Origin: Candidatus Undinarchaeales archaeon
GTDB taxonomy: Archaea > SpSt-1190 > JASMDC01
Length of the DNA stretch: 64,000 nt
Assembly (NCBI GenBank): GCA_030753015.1
Contig: JASMDC010000011.1
Location: 21,674 to 85,673 of the forward strand
Direction: 5' to 3'
The notes under the pieces are model-generated. The model was not told the origin of the DNA. It saw only the letters and a program-made list of their open reading frames with translations, and searched no databases. This document shows positions 24,896 through 33,591 of the stretch, piece by piece; the first letter of the stretch is position 1, and every line of letters begins with the position of its first letter. The translations under genes were made by a program, and so were the position numbers.

Positions 24896-25768
24896 ATGCT
24901 TCGAGACTATCCAGTCGAATCTGTGAGCAGCGCTCCGGGGACCGGGCGCCTGCTCTACGACCACCTCATGAAGCATATCCACGTCCCTGCCACCGCCAAC
25001 CACGACATCTGGTATGCTGGTGAGGAGGCGAAACTGGCGGACCCTGATACATACTCCTTCCGCGGAGGGACACCCTATGGTGAAACCCTTGAGCTCAGGA
25101 CCCTGGCGGGACAGGACCTCGAGGAGGGCGATAACGTCGTCGCCACCGACCATGGTACCTTCCTCTATACATTCCCGACCAAAGAGGACTACACAGCCTC
25201 CGACGAGAATGAGGTACCCGTGTACGCCAGTGACCTCTCGACCGCTGCCCGCAAGGGGCTGAGCATCCCCGACACGGCCCGCGAGGAGGACAAGGTCTTC
25301 AATCCCAACTTCCGACCGTACGAGGAGCTTGACCCGTTCACCAAGTACAGCAACGAACTGGCGTCCCTCTCGCTCCCCAAGTCCCTCTCCAGCTGGTGGG
25401 CCGGCCTTCAGGGCAAGGTCAACTACTCCGAGGCCGATGTGCTCTCGTACCTCGACGCGTGCTTCGACAACCTGAGCGGCCCGGAGATGACCCACCTCAT
25501 GCATGGGAACAACATGGCATGGTCGGCCCTGGCCTACATCCGCGAGCGCGGTGCCATCGAGGGCGACCTGATGAAGGAGTTCCACGCCCAGAACCCGACG
25601 GACTTCTACATCAAGGACCTGGGCACCCTTCTCCCTGCCATGTTCTACTCCCTGGCCATGCTAGGCAAGGATCCGGTGGAGTACTACGAGCGACTGGACA
25701 TCGAGATATGGGGCGCCAAGGAAGCGGCCGAGCACATGCAGGGGCTCATTCGGAAGCCAGTGGAGTAG
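24896..25768 (+). CDS. Hypothetical protein, possibly with a RyR-like domain
   Basis: 290-aa ORF. The segment FNPNFRPYEELDPFTKYSNELASLSLPKSL resembles the P.LvPYeeL...K..nr core of bacterial RyR domains. Tentative. Confidence 0.6.
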   Translation: MLRDYPVESVSSAPGTGRLLYDHLMKHIHVPATANHDIWYAGEEAKLADPDTYSFRGGTPYGETLELRTLAGQDLEEGDNVVATDHGTFLYTFPTKEDYTASDENEVPVYASDLSTAARKGLSIPDTAREEDKVFNPNFRPYEELDPFTKYSNELASLSLPKSLSSWWAGLQGKVNYSEADVLSYLDACFDNLSGPEMTHLMHGNNMAWSALAYIRERGAIEGDLMKEFHAQNPTDFYIKDLGTLLPAMFYSLAMLGKDPVEYYERLDIEIWGAKEAAEHMQGLIRKPVE

Positions 25769-25773
25769 GACGG

Positions 25774-26079
25774 TCAGTCCGCTTCGGCCGGTCCCTTGAC
25801 ATCAACGACCCGCACGATCTGTACCTTGACCTTGGTGAGCAGTGCGGCCAGGGCGCCCAGGATTATTATATGGGGCGCGAAGATCGTCAATGCGCCGCCC
25901 ATCGCCACCCCGCCGGTAAGTGGTACTTCGAGAAGCACGTCGTCAGAGGATCGTCGCACGATGAGCCGGCGCACGTTCCCCTTGTGCACGATGTCCTTGA
26001 CACGGTCCACCAGCTCCCCGGCATCGAGCTCATACTCCTCGATGCGCTCCTTCTTCCGAGCATCAACTTTCTTCGTCAT
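25774..26079 (-). CDS. DUF4342-like protein
   Basis: 101-aa ORF. ELVDRVKDIVHKGNVRRLIVRRSSDDVLLEVPLTGGV...APHIIILGALAALLTKVKVQIVR matches the DUF4342 pattern. Last gene of the PadR operon. Confidence 0.7.
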   Translation of the reverse strand: MTKKVDARKKERIEEYELDAGELVDRVKDIVHKGNVRRLIVRRSSDDVLLEVPLTGGVAMGGALTIFAPHIIILGALAALLTKVKVQIVRVVDVKGPAEAD

Positions 26080-26101
26080 TTCGGCACACCTGTCCTGTAC
26101 G

Positions 26102-26395
26102 TTAAACGGCCGCTAAACAACTGGCAGTGGGATGCGTTCCATGAGCGAGGGCCACGGGGATCAGTGCATCCTCGCCCGTACCGGTGATGGGGGCAGCGTG
26201 TACCCTCCCCGGTCCTATCTCACCGAGGCACACGGGACACACTCTTCGTCCCTCCACGCGCTGGATGCAGGCGCTGCACACGACCGCTCTGCATCCACCG
26301 CATTCGAGGTACTCCCATTCTTCTTCAACAGCACTCCCGCAGACAGTGCATGTCCGTTCACCGTCACGTTCGGTCAGTAGGTCCATGTATCTCAC
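26102..26395 (-). CDS. Small cysteine-rich zinc-binding protein (four CxxC pairs)
   Basis: 97-aa ORF with CTVC, CGGC, CSAC and CPVC within about 45 residues. Starts 1 nt after the upstream stop. Confidence 0.6.
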   Translation of the reverse strand: MRYMDLLTERDGERTCTVCGSAVEEEWEYLECGGCRAVVCSACIQRVEGRRVCPVCLGEIGPGRVHAAPITGTGEDALIPVALAHGTHPTASCLAAV

Positions 26396-26396
26396 C

Positions 26397-27845
26397 TCAG
26401 TCCTCGATGGCCTTCTTCAGGTCTCCTCCGCACTTGGGGCACCTGACGCACCTGTGGAGGATCGAGCTCTCGCAGTAGGGGCACACCTTCGTGCGCTCAT
26501 CGTCCTTATCTTCGGTCTTGTCTTTGATCGCTTTCTTCTTTACGGTCTTCTTCTTCACGTCCTCGGTCCGGAGGCTCACGACCTCGATGTCCTCATCTTC
26601 CTCCTCGGAAGGCGCCTTCCGGACGGTCCTTCTCCGCCTGCGGTCAACGATCTCCTCGTCGCTAGAACCGTTCCCCTGGTCCCAGGAGAGTGCCACGGTG
26701 ACCATCGCCCCGAGCCCGACTATCATGCCCAGGAGACTGATCCATTCACCCAGTATCGGCAGCCAGCGGAGGACTGTGAAGATCACCCATCCACCAAGGA
26801 ACTGGACGTACCGGTTCTTCTCGGGCAGTGCCTGCTCACCGATGAGCACCGAGATGACCACCGTCGTCAGGAACAGCGCTGCGACGAACAGGAATCCCCC
26901 CATGATGGAGAAGGGGATGCCCACGATGGTGATCAGGAGGAGGATGAGGCCTATCGGTACGCCGATGAGCACCCCGAATCCTATTGCACCGGTGTACAGC
27001 GGCTCGTCCATGATGGCCTCCGAGGTACGGTCGAGAAAGGGACCTCCCCAGTGCACCACGGCCAGGCCGAAGGCGAGCGAGGCCACTACGAACATGATGG
27101 TGAGCACGAACAGGACCATAGCTCCGATGGCGAGGATGCCCCCGACGAAGGGGAGGTTGTGGGCGAGGTCCGAATCGTCGAAATCGAAGGGCAGGTTCTC
27201 GTCCATGTGCTCGACGCGCTCCACGCTCCCCCGGACGCGGTCCAGGTTCCCCGGTGCGTCCTCAGCGCTGTAGACGAGGTTGCCGCCGATGATGGCGTCG
27301 GGTGAGATGTCGAAGTCCCCGGCACCGATCTTGGCGTTCGCCAGTACCTTCCCGCCGAGCCTCACGGCCCCAGCGTTCGCAGTAAGGTCGCCCCGCACGA
27401 TACCGTCCATGTCCAGTTCACCGCAGAAGGCGACGAGCTCCCCGTCGATCACGGCAGTAGGACCAACACTGACCTCCCCGCCAAGGGCCACGACCTCGCC
27501 GGAGACATTTCCGCGGATGTCGACCTTACCGCCACCGGTACGTACATCGCCGCCGACGGCGTCGAGGATTGTCACATGACCGCCGCCGATGAGTATGTCG
27601 CCACGGACCGGGGCCCGGACCTCGACATCCCCTCCGAAGACTATTAGGTCGCCATTGACGGGAGCAGTGACACGGACATTGCCCCCAGCGCTATAGACAT
27701 TGTCGTCGATAGCCAGGCCATCACCTCCGATGGTGACCGTCTCGTGCTCTCCCATTGCCAGTGTGTATGCAGCGGCCGAGCCGATCATCACGAACAAGCA
27801 GATGATCGCAACCAGCATCCGGTTCATCGTTCGTTCCATCCTCAT
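26397..27845 (-). CDS. Membrane protein: secreted bactofilin/DUF4097-like beta-helix repeats, multi-TM region, cytoplasmic charged linker and C-terminal zinc ribbon
   Basis: Frame of track ORF 26397-27875. The ATG at 27845 overlaps the upstream stop (ATGA). Signal peptide MNRMLVAIICLFVMIGSAAA. Repeated G.V.V.APV.GD.. units. About 5 TM helices. Ends CPYC...CPKC. Confidence 0.75.
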   Translation of the reverse strand: MRMERTMNRMLVAIICLFVMIGSAAAYTLAMGEHETVTIGGDGLAIDDNVYSAGGNVRVTAPVNGDLIVFGGDVEVRAPVRGDILIGGGHVTILDAVGGDVRTGGGKVDIRGNVSGEVVALGGEVSVGPTAVIDGELVAFCGELDMDGIVRGDLTANAGAVRLGGKVLANAKIGAGDFDISPDAIIGGNLVYSAEDAPGNLDRVRGSVERVEHMDENLPFDFDDSDLAHNLPFVGGILAIGAMVLFVLTIMFVVASLAFGLAVVHWGGPFLDRTSEAIMDEPLYTGAIGFGVLIGVPIGLILLLITIVGIPFSIMGGFLFVAALFLTTVVISVLIGEQALPEKNRYVQFLGGWVIFTVLRWLPILGEWISLLGMIVGLGAMVTVALSWDQGNGSSDEEIVDRRRRRTVRKAPSEEEDEDIEVVSLRTEDVKKKTVKKKAIKDKTEDKDDERTKVCPYCESSILHRCVRCPKCGGDLKKAIED

Positions 27846-28426
27846 CCCTCCTGTTTGATGATACTCGCGTTCCATTTCAGGTACCGGACCGTCAGGCCGG
27901 CGAAGGCCCTGGCCAGGTACATATCGACCATGACGAAAAGCAGCCCACCGAGAGAGAGCCCGATCATGAAGATGAGGCCGATGAAGGGATGGCCCCCGAT
28001 GGTGTAGCCATACCCGCCGATCGATGACAGGATGATTGCGACGATCCCGGTGAGGCCACCGAAGGTAAAGCCCACAGCTACCGCGAAGAGCGCGAAGAGC
28101 ACTCCGACCAGGGCAAGGAACGGTCCGAGGACGAACACGAGATTGAAGAAGCCGAGCCCTGCCGCAGCGAGCACCGCCCGCAGGATGTTCTCTATCGAAG
28201 CGGAGTCCTCGGCCCGCTGGACCATGAAGTCCGCCTTGAGCTGGCGGGCCAACGCCTTCGGGCTTCCGAGGGCGCGAGCTATACCATCCTCGCTCCGTCC
28301 CTCCTCGAGCCCTGCCTCGAAGTGCTCCCGGTAATCGTCGAGAACGTCCTCGAGATCGTCCTTGGGAACCCCACGTAGATGCCTCCTCAATGTCCCGATG
28401 TACTCCTTCCTATTCATTATTGGCAC
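27842..28426 (-). CDS. DUF1700/HAAS-type membrane protein (PadR-associated sensor/anchor)
   Basis: 194-aa ORF. The N-terminus [57 protein letters not shown] is the DUF1700 pattern, followed by TM helices. Overlaps the PadR stop. Confidence 0.8.
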   Translation of the reverse strand: MPIMNRKEYIGTLRRHLRGVPKDDLEDVLDDYREHFEAGLEEGRSEDGIARALGSPKALARQLKADFMVQRAEDSASIENILRAVLAAAGLGFFNLVFVLGPFLALVGVLFALFAVAVGFTFGGLTGIVAIILSSIGGYGYTIGGHPFIGLIFMIGLSLGGLLFVMVDMYLARAFAGLTVRYLKWNASIIKQEG

Positions 28427-28730
28427 CCTCCAGGAAATGATTCACACGCTCGACGAAGGTCAGCCACTCGTCGGTAAGCTCGTCCTTCATCGTCTTCCCT
28501 TCCGATGTCAGCTTGTAGTACTTCCGGGGGGGCCCCTCCTGGGACTCCTGTAGGTAGGTGGTGACGTAACCGTCATTCTTCAATCGGCGGAGAAGGGGGT
28601 AGATCGTGCCCTCGGAGATTGAGATGTTCTTGGAGATCTCGGCCACGAGTTCGTAGCCGTAGCAGTCCTTACGTCTCAGCTGGGCGAGCACACAGAGCTC
28701 CAGTACGCCTTTCTTGAATTGGATGTTCAT
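28410..28730 (-). CDS. padR: PadR-family transcriptional regulator
   Basis: 106-aa [24 protein letters not shown]...[17 protein letters not shown]...PPRKYYKLT is the canonical PadR winged helix. Confidence 0.9.
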   Translation of the reverse strand: MNIQFKKGVLELCVLAQLRRKDCYGYELVAEISKNISISEGTIYPLLRRLKNDGYVTTYLQESQEGPPRKYYKLTSEGKTMKDELTDEWLTFVERVNHFLEGANNE

Positions 28731-28766
28731 GAAGTCATCACCTCACTAGGGTTTGTTGAATGCACA

Positions 28767-28787
28767 GTACCTTGTAGTACAAGGTAC
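28767..28787. promoter_or_regulatory. Perfect 10-1-10 palindrome GTACCTTGTA-G-TACAAGGTAC, candidate PadR operator
   Basis: Read directly from the sequence. Lies 37-57 nt upstream of the padR ATG, between the minus-strand TATA (GTATATATAGTACC, 28783-28796) and the expected transcription start. Confidence 0.6.
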
Positions 28788-28828
28788 TATATATACCTTT
28801 GCATTGGAACGCAAGGTACTATATATAC
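28780..28828 (+). repeat. Direct repeat of the 17-mer CAAGGTACTATATATAC (28780-28796 and 28812-28828), each carrying a TATA box
   Basis: Exact copies 32 bp apart in the padR/rnp3 divergent intergenic region. The second copy could be the superoperon promoter. Confidence 0.65.
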
Positions 28829-28886
28829 GGAGGTAATATGGCCCCTCGTGCAAAGGCATTTAAGGAGTGTTCCCCAACTCCGCCCG

Positions 28887-29603
28887 ATGCGCCGCTTCCA
28901 CGACATCGGCCTCCGGTACCCCGGAACACCCGAGGACGCCAGGGAGCTCGTCACCGAGGCGAAGCGCATGGGCTTCCATCGCGTGTGCATCAACGTCCCG
29001 GTCCGGGGCAAGGAAGGGATCAAGCTCCTCAAGTCGCTCAGGGACCAGGACCTCGGAGAAGGGACGCTCATCGGCGCCGATATCGACGTGATCGGCGGCT
29101 CCAAGAACGGTCTCCATAACCTTCTCGGCCGGGCGAGGAAGCTCGCTGACATTGTCGCGGTACTGGGCGGTGACCTGGCGATCAACAAGTACGCTGTCGA
29201 GTCGCGCGAGACCGATGTGCTCCGCGCCCCCTATCGCGGCAGACGTGATTCGGGCGTGGACAAGGTCGTAGCGGAGGCCGCTGCCAGGAACGGTGTAGCG
29301 CTGGAGCTCTCGTTCGCTGATGTGCTCGCTCCCAACAGCGGTCGGATCGGTCTCCTCCGACGGCTCGGAGAGCTCGTTGAATTTGCAGGAGCGTTCGATA
29401 CCTGCTTGGTGCTTTCCAGCGGTGCCATCGATATGCTCGGGCTTCGGGTGCCACAGGACCTTGCCGCGTTCGTCACCTGTCTCGGGATGGACAATGAGGA
29501 CGCCCTTGAGGCCGTAAGCACGGTACCGGGCGAGGTCGTGGACAGGGCATTAGAGCGAAAGGACGAGCGCATCATCGCGCCAGGAGTGCGGGTGATCGGA
29601 TGA
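28887..29603 (+). CDS. rnp3: RNase P protein component 3 (Rpp30 homologue)
   Basis: Internal ATG (MRRFHDIGLRYP...) of track ORF 28719-29603. PHP/TIM-like Rpp30 pattern and position upstream of Pop5 and psmA, as in the archaeal exosome superoperon. Confidence 0.75.
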   Translation: MRRFHDIGLRYPGTPEDARELVTEAKRMGFHRVCINVPVRGKEGIKLLKSLRDQDLGEGTLIGADIDVIGGSKNGLHNLLGRARKLADIVAVLGGDLAINKYAVESRETDVLRAPYRGRRDSGVDKVVAEAAARNGVALELSFADVLAPNSGRIGLLRRLGELVEFAGAFDTCLVLSSGAIDMLGLRVPQDLAAFVTCLGMDNEDALEAVSTVPGEVVDRALERKDERIIAPGVRVIG

Positions 29604-29986
29604 ACGAGAAGAAGAAGCGGCGAGTGCCGGCTTACTTGCGAAAACGAAAGAGATATATAGTGTACCAAGTTTGGCCAGCCGGGAACCCTACCCCAGGGTT
29701 CAACGATGTGGACAGGGCCATCCGGTCGTCCGTCCGGTCATTTCTCGGCGACCATGGGGCGGCTCAGGCCGGCGTGTGGGTCATGAAGGACCGGTACGAC
29801 CCCGCGACCGGGCAGGGCCTCGTCCGCTGCGTGCATGAACGGGTCGATCAGGTCAGGGCCTCTCTGGCCCTCGTGACCGGGATCGGCGATGCACGGGTCC
29901 GCATCGACACCCTGGGCGTCTCCGGTTCGATTAGAACAGCAAAGCGAAAGTTCACGGGTGATGAGAATGGAACTAATGACACCTGA
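29600..29986 (+). CDS. rnp2: RNase P protein component 2 (Pop5 homologue)
   Basis: 128-aa ORF. RKRKRYIVYQV...LVRCVHERVDQVRASLALV...LGVSGSIRTAKRKF is typical of archaeal Pop5. 4-nt overlap with rnp3. Confidence 0.8.
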   Translation: MNEKKKRRVPAYLRKRKRYIVYQVWPAGNPTPGFNDVDRAIRSSVRSFLGDHGAAQAGVWVMKDRYDPATGQGLVRCVHERVDQVRASLALVTGIGDARVRIDTLGVSGSIRTAKRKFTGDENGTNDT

Positions 29987-30710
29987 AATGATGGGATATG
30001 ATCGTGCGAGTACCGTCTTCTCTCCGGACGGCCGCCTCTTCCAGGTCCAGTACGCCATGGAAGCGGTACGGAGGGGCGCCACAGCCATTGGCATCGTCTG
30101 CAAGGACGGTGTCGTGCTTGCGGCGGACAAGCGCATCTCCAATGTGCTCATGGTCCACAGCTTTGTCGAGAAGATCTTCGAAGTGGACGATCACGTGGGG
30201 GTCGCAACCTCCGGACTTGTGGCCGACGGGCGCAAGCTCGTGGACGACGCGCGCATCGAATCCCAACGTAACCATATAGTGTTCGACGAGGCCATCGAGA
30301 TCGCCTCTCTGGTCAAGCGCATCTGCGACATCAAGCAGCTTTTCACACAGTACGGAGGGCTAAGGCCCTTCGGTGTCTCCCTCCTCATCGTAGGTGTGGA
30401 CGAGACCGGGCCCCGCCTCTTCGAGACCGATCCCAGCGGTACACCTACCGAGTGGAAGGCCACCGCCGTGGGAGAGGGACGCAAAGAGGTCCTCGAGTAC
30501 CTAAAGGAGAACTACAAGGACGATATCTCCCTTGAAAAAGGCCTCGGTCTGGTGTTCAAGGCGCTCCAGCGCATCATGAAGGAGCCGATCGAGCCCGAGA
30601 AGATTGAGGCCGCGATAATCACCACCAAGGAGCGGAAGTTCACCAAGCTAGGGAAGGACCGGCTCGTCAAGTACCTCAAGAAGCTCGAGCCTGAGAAGGA
30701 CAAGGACTAG
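29967..30710 (+). CDS. psmA: Proteasome subunit alpha
   Basis: Frame of track ORF 29889-30710. GYDRASTVFSPDGRLFQVQYAMEAV signature. Start uncertain among ATGs at 29961, 29967, 29976 and 29991; GGTGAT precedes 29967. Confidence 0.9.
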   Translation: MELMTPEMMGYDRASTVFSPDGRLFQVQYAMEAVRRGATAIGIVCKDGVVLAADKRISNVLMVHSFVEKIFEVDDHVGVATSGLVADGRKLVDDARIESQRNHIVFDEAIEIASLVKRICDIKQLFTQYGGLRPFGVSLLIVGVDETGPRLFETDPSGTPTEWKATAVGEGRKEVLEYLKENYKDDISLEKGLGLVFKALQRIMKEPIEPEKIEAAIITTKERKFTKLGKDRLVKYLKKLEPEKDKD

Positions 30711-30723
30711 GGGGTCGGCCAGC

Positions 30724-31428
30724 GTGGTCGACATCGACCGGGCAGTGATCGCCCGGCTCCAGAAGTTCGGATCGACCTTCGAGATCCTCGTGGACCCCGA
30801 CGTGGCTCGGGAGTACAAGGAGGGCAAGAAGGTCGATATCGACAAGCTCATGGCGGCCCAGGACGTGTTCAAGGACGCTCACAGTGGAGACCGGTGCGGC
30901 GAAGAATCGCTGTTGAAGGTGTTCGAGACCACCAATCCATTCGAGGTCGCCAAGCAGATACTCGACAAGGGCCAGATCCAGCTCACAACCGAGCAGAAGC
31001 GCCATATGGCGGAGGAGAAGTACAAGCAGGTCGCAGCCCTCATCGCCCGCAATGCGATCAATCCGCAGACAGGCACTCCGCACCCCGTTGTCCGTATCGA
31101 GCGTGCCATGGAAGAGGCAAAGGTGCACTGCGATATCTTCAAGGACGCCGAGCAGCAGATGGCCGACGTCGTCAAGCTGCTCAGGCCGCTCCTGCCGCTC
31201 AAGTTCGAGACGCGAATAATCGCGCTGAAGGTTCCTCCGAGCTTTGCGAGCAACGCTCAGCGGGAGGTCCGCACGTTCGGTGAGATGAAGCAGGACCAGT
31301 GGCTCAAGGACGGATCATGGGTCGCCGTGGTGGAGATACCTGCGGGGATGCAGGACGAGTTCTTCGGTAAGCTCGCCGGCCTCACCCATGGCGAGGCCGA
31401 GACGCGCGTGCTGGAACATTTCCCCTGA
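30724..31428 (+). CDS. SBDS-family ribosome maturation protein
   Basis: 234-aa ORF (GTG start). The N-terminal FEILVDPDVAREYKEGKKVDIDKLMAAQDVFKDA pattern and the position between psmA and rrp4 both fit. Confidence 0.85.
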   Translation: MVDIDRAVIARLQKFGSTFEILVDPDVAREYKEGKKVDIDKLMAAQDVFKDAHSGDRCGEESLLKVFETTNPFEVAKQILDKGQIQLTTEQKRHMAEEKYKQVAALIARNAINPQTGTPHPVVRIERAMEEAKVHCDIFKDAEQQMADVVKLLRPLLPLKFETRIIALKVPPSFASNAQREVRTFGEMKQDQWLKDGSWVAVVEIPAGMQDEFFGKLAGLTHGEAETRVLEHFP

Positions 31429-31434
31429 GCACTG

Positions 31435-32115
31435 GTGACATCGATGGCCCGCATCCTTGTGAAACCTCGGCAGCTCGTCGTTCCCGGTACACCGCTAGCA
31501 TCGGGTGTGGTGGGGGGCGCCGCCCCCGGCACCCGGCTCGATGGTGATACGCTCTATGCCACCGTCGTGGGCCTGGCGTCGGTGCGTAGTGGCGATGTGG
31601 GCATCATCCCCCTGGGAGGCCCCTACCTGCCGTCCAAGGGCGATATTGTCATCGGCATCGTCACGGCCGTACGCGGAACGTGGATAGAGATCGACATCAA
31701 GGCACCCTGGTCCGCGGACCTGGGGCTGGAGGGGGGTGACGACCGGAGACCGGAGCGTGGCTGGCGGAAAGGTGACGCAGTGCTCGCGACCGTGACCGGG
31801 ATGGACGAGGAGAAGCACGCTATGCTCGACATCAGCGGAATGGACCATGGTCCGATCTCCGAGGGGCTCCTCATCGATGTACCGGCCCCCAAGGTGGCCC
31901 GGCTAATCGGGCGTAGTGGGAGCATGGTGGGCATGATCCGTGAGCTTACCGGCTGCACCATAATCGTCGGCCTCAACGGACGTGTCATGATACAAGGGAC
32001 GCCCGGGGGCCAGCTCCTGGCCGCACGGGCCGTCGGGCTCGTCGAGGCCAATGCTCACACTCACGGATTGACCGATGCCGTTCGTGTGTTCCTGGAAGGT
32101 GAGCGCCGTGATTAA
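31435..32115 (+). CDS. rrp4: Exosome complex RNA-binding subunit Rrp4 (S1 plus KH)
   Basis: 226-aa ORF. S1-like GDIVIGIVTAVRGTWIEIDI and KH-like VARLIGRSGSMVGMIRELTGC. Confidence 0.85.
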   Translation: MTSMARILVKPRQLVVPGTPLASGVVGGAAPGTRLDGDTLYATVVGLASVRSGDVGIIPLGGPYLPSKGDIVIGIVTAVRGTWIEIDIKAPWSADLGLEGGDDRRPERGWRKGDAVLATVTGMDEEKHAMLDISGMDHGPISEGLLIDVPAPKVARLIGRSGSMVGMIRELTGCTIIVGLNGRVMIQGTPGGQLLAARAVGLVEANAHTHGLTDAVRVFLEGERRD

Positions 32116-32821
32116 TAGGCGACCCGAGAGCCTGTTCGTCGATGGAAGACGGCTTGATGGCCGAGCTCTCGACGCGTTGGGCACCGCTGTGGCCGAGACC
32201 GGGATAATCCCCCAGGCCGACGGGTCCGCAAAGGTGGAACGGAGCGGCACAAAGGTGCTCGCCACGGTCCGCGGTCCACATGAGCCCCAAAAGCATGAAG
32301 ATGATCTCACGCACGTTCGCTGCACTATAGATGTCCCCTCGTTCAGTGGTCCTGTACAGCATGACGACCTCACCGAACGGATGGAGGGGGCCTTGTGCTC
32401 TCTGGTGCTCTTCGACGACCTCCCCGGGTGTGTAGTCGATGTGCGTATCCAACTCGTGGCCTCGGGCGCAAGCGTTCTCGCCACGGCCCTCGCCGCCGCT
32501 ACTCTCGCACTGGCCGACGCCGGTGTGCCCATGCGCGATCTGGTGGCCGCTGTGGACGTGGTCATCGTCCATGATGCACAGGGGAAACGGTTCATCGCCC
32601 TGGATCCGTCAGAGATCGAGGGTACATGGGCCTCGTCCACGATCACTGTATGCTTCACCTGCCATAGGGGGGACCTCGTCCTTCTCTGTGCTAACGGCAG
32701 GCAATCACAGGACGAGCTTGAGAGCGCCCTCACGCTCGCAGCGCGTGGCATGGGCGCCGTCAGCGACCTCATGACCGACTCGTTCCTCCGCCGGTATGCG
32801 ACAAGAGGTGAGGACAAATGA
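32075..32821 (+). CDS. rrp41: Exosome complex exonuclease Rrp41 (RNase PH-like)
   Basis: 248-aa ORF. RLDGRALDALG...ADGSAKVERSGTKVLATVRGP is RNase PH domain 1. The start may be GTG at 32099 or 32108, overlapping the rrp4 stop. Confidence 0.85.
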   Translation: MPFVCSWKVSAVINRRPESLFVDGRRLDGRALDALGTAVAETGIIPQADGSAKVERSGTKVLATVRGPHEPQKHEDDLTHVRCTIDVPSFSGPVQHDDLTERMEGALCSLVLFDDLPGCVVDVRIQLVASGASVLATALAAATLALADAGVPMRDLVAAVDVVIVHDAQGKRFIALDPSEIEGTWASSTITVCFTCHRGDLVLLCANGRQSQDELESALTLAARGMGAVSDLMTDSFLRRYATRGEDK

Positions 32822-33591
32822 TACCTGCCCGACTGGTGGATTGCACCGTGGTCCGTCGAACGGTACGACGTTCTCTAGCGAACGGTCAGCGGTTCGATGG
32901 CAGGGGTCTGGGCGATGTCCGGCCCGTGAAGGTCATGTGCGACGTGGCTCCCGTGGCCGAGGGCTCCGCTCAGGCGTTCATTGGGATGACGCATGTCATC
33001 GCCGGTGTCCGGCTCGAGGCTGCTCCGCCCGTGGCGGACCATCCTGTGGAGGGAGTGCTCCATGTCCATGCCGGCAAGGATGGTGCTCGTCTTGCCTGGG
33101 CCGTTGAGCGTACCCTTCGTGATACCGAGGCCGTTGACCTCATGCGTCTGTGCATCGAGCCAGGACGGACCGTGTGGCACGTGTGGCTCGACGTGCGCTG
33201 CATCAACGATGACGGTTCCCTGGTCGATGCCTGTGTATTGGCATCGGTCGCAGCTCTCGCCACGGCGCAGATGCCACGCTTCGACGGCGGGAGAGTGGTC
33301 CGGGACGAGCGGATAGGTCCACTGATGGTGGACGGCCTACCTGTCACCTGCACTCTTGGCCTGGTGGACGGAAAGCTCGTGGCCGACCTCACCCGGGAGG
33401 AGGGGACGGTGGCCGACGCCAAGGTGCGCGTAACCTTCCAACCGGACGGCGCTCTCGCACAGGTCATGGCTAGTGGTCGGGGCACGCTCTCGTCAGACAA
33501 GATATCGCAGGCCGTCGCACTCGCGAAGAGGGCAGCACCGACGCTCCGTGAGGGTGTCCTGGCCGCCGTCGCAAGGTTTAAAAAAGCCTAG
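32818..33591 (+). CDS. rrp42: Exosome complex subunit Rrp42 (RNase PH-like, inactive)
   Basis: 257-aa ORF. RFDGRGLGDVRPV...AEGSAQAFIGMTHVIAGV. 4-nt overlap with rrp41. Confidence 0.85.
   Translation: MIPARLVDCTVVRRTVRRSLANGQRFDGRGLGDVRPVKVMCDVAPVAEGSAQAFIGMTHVIAGVRLEAAPPVADHPVEGVLHVHAGKDGARLAWAVERTLRDTEAVDLMRLCIEPGRTVWHVWLDVRCINDDGSLVDACVLASVAALATAQMPRFDGGRVVRDERIGPLMVDGLPVTCTLGLVDGKLVADLTREEGTVADAKVRVTFQPDGALAQVMASGRGTLSSDKISQAVALAKRAAPTLREGVLAAVARFKKA

Noticed and set aside
24434-25585. 383-aa minus-strand ORF antisense to the 24896-25768 gene and overlapping the CitG-like gene
   Set aside because: Arg/Gly/Pro/His-rich, low-complexity translation typical of an open alternative frame in high-GC DNA. 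The sense-strand genes have recognisable motifs and sensible boundaries.
28838-29119. ATG at 28838 with a strong GGAGGT SD, opening a 93-codon ORF that overlaps rnp3 in another frame
   Set aside because: The translation (MAPRAKAFKECSPTPPDAPLPRHRPPVPRNTRGRQG...) is Arg/Pro-rich noise, whereas the rnp3 frame shows Rpp30-like sequence. It could at most be a short upstream ORF and is not supportable as a gene.
31903-32817. 304-aa minus-strand ORF antisense to rrp4/rrp41
   Set aside because: Antisense to two well-supported exosome genes. Ser/Arg/Ala/Pro-rich composition and no motif.
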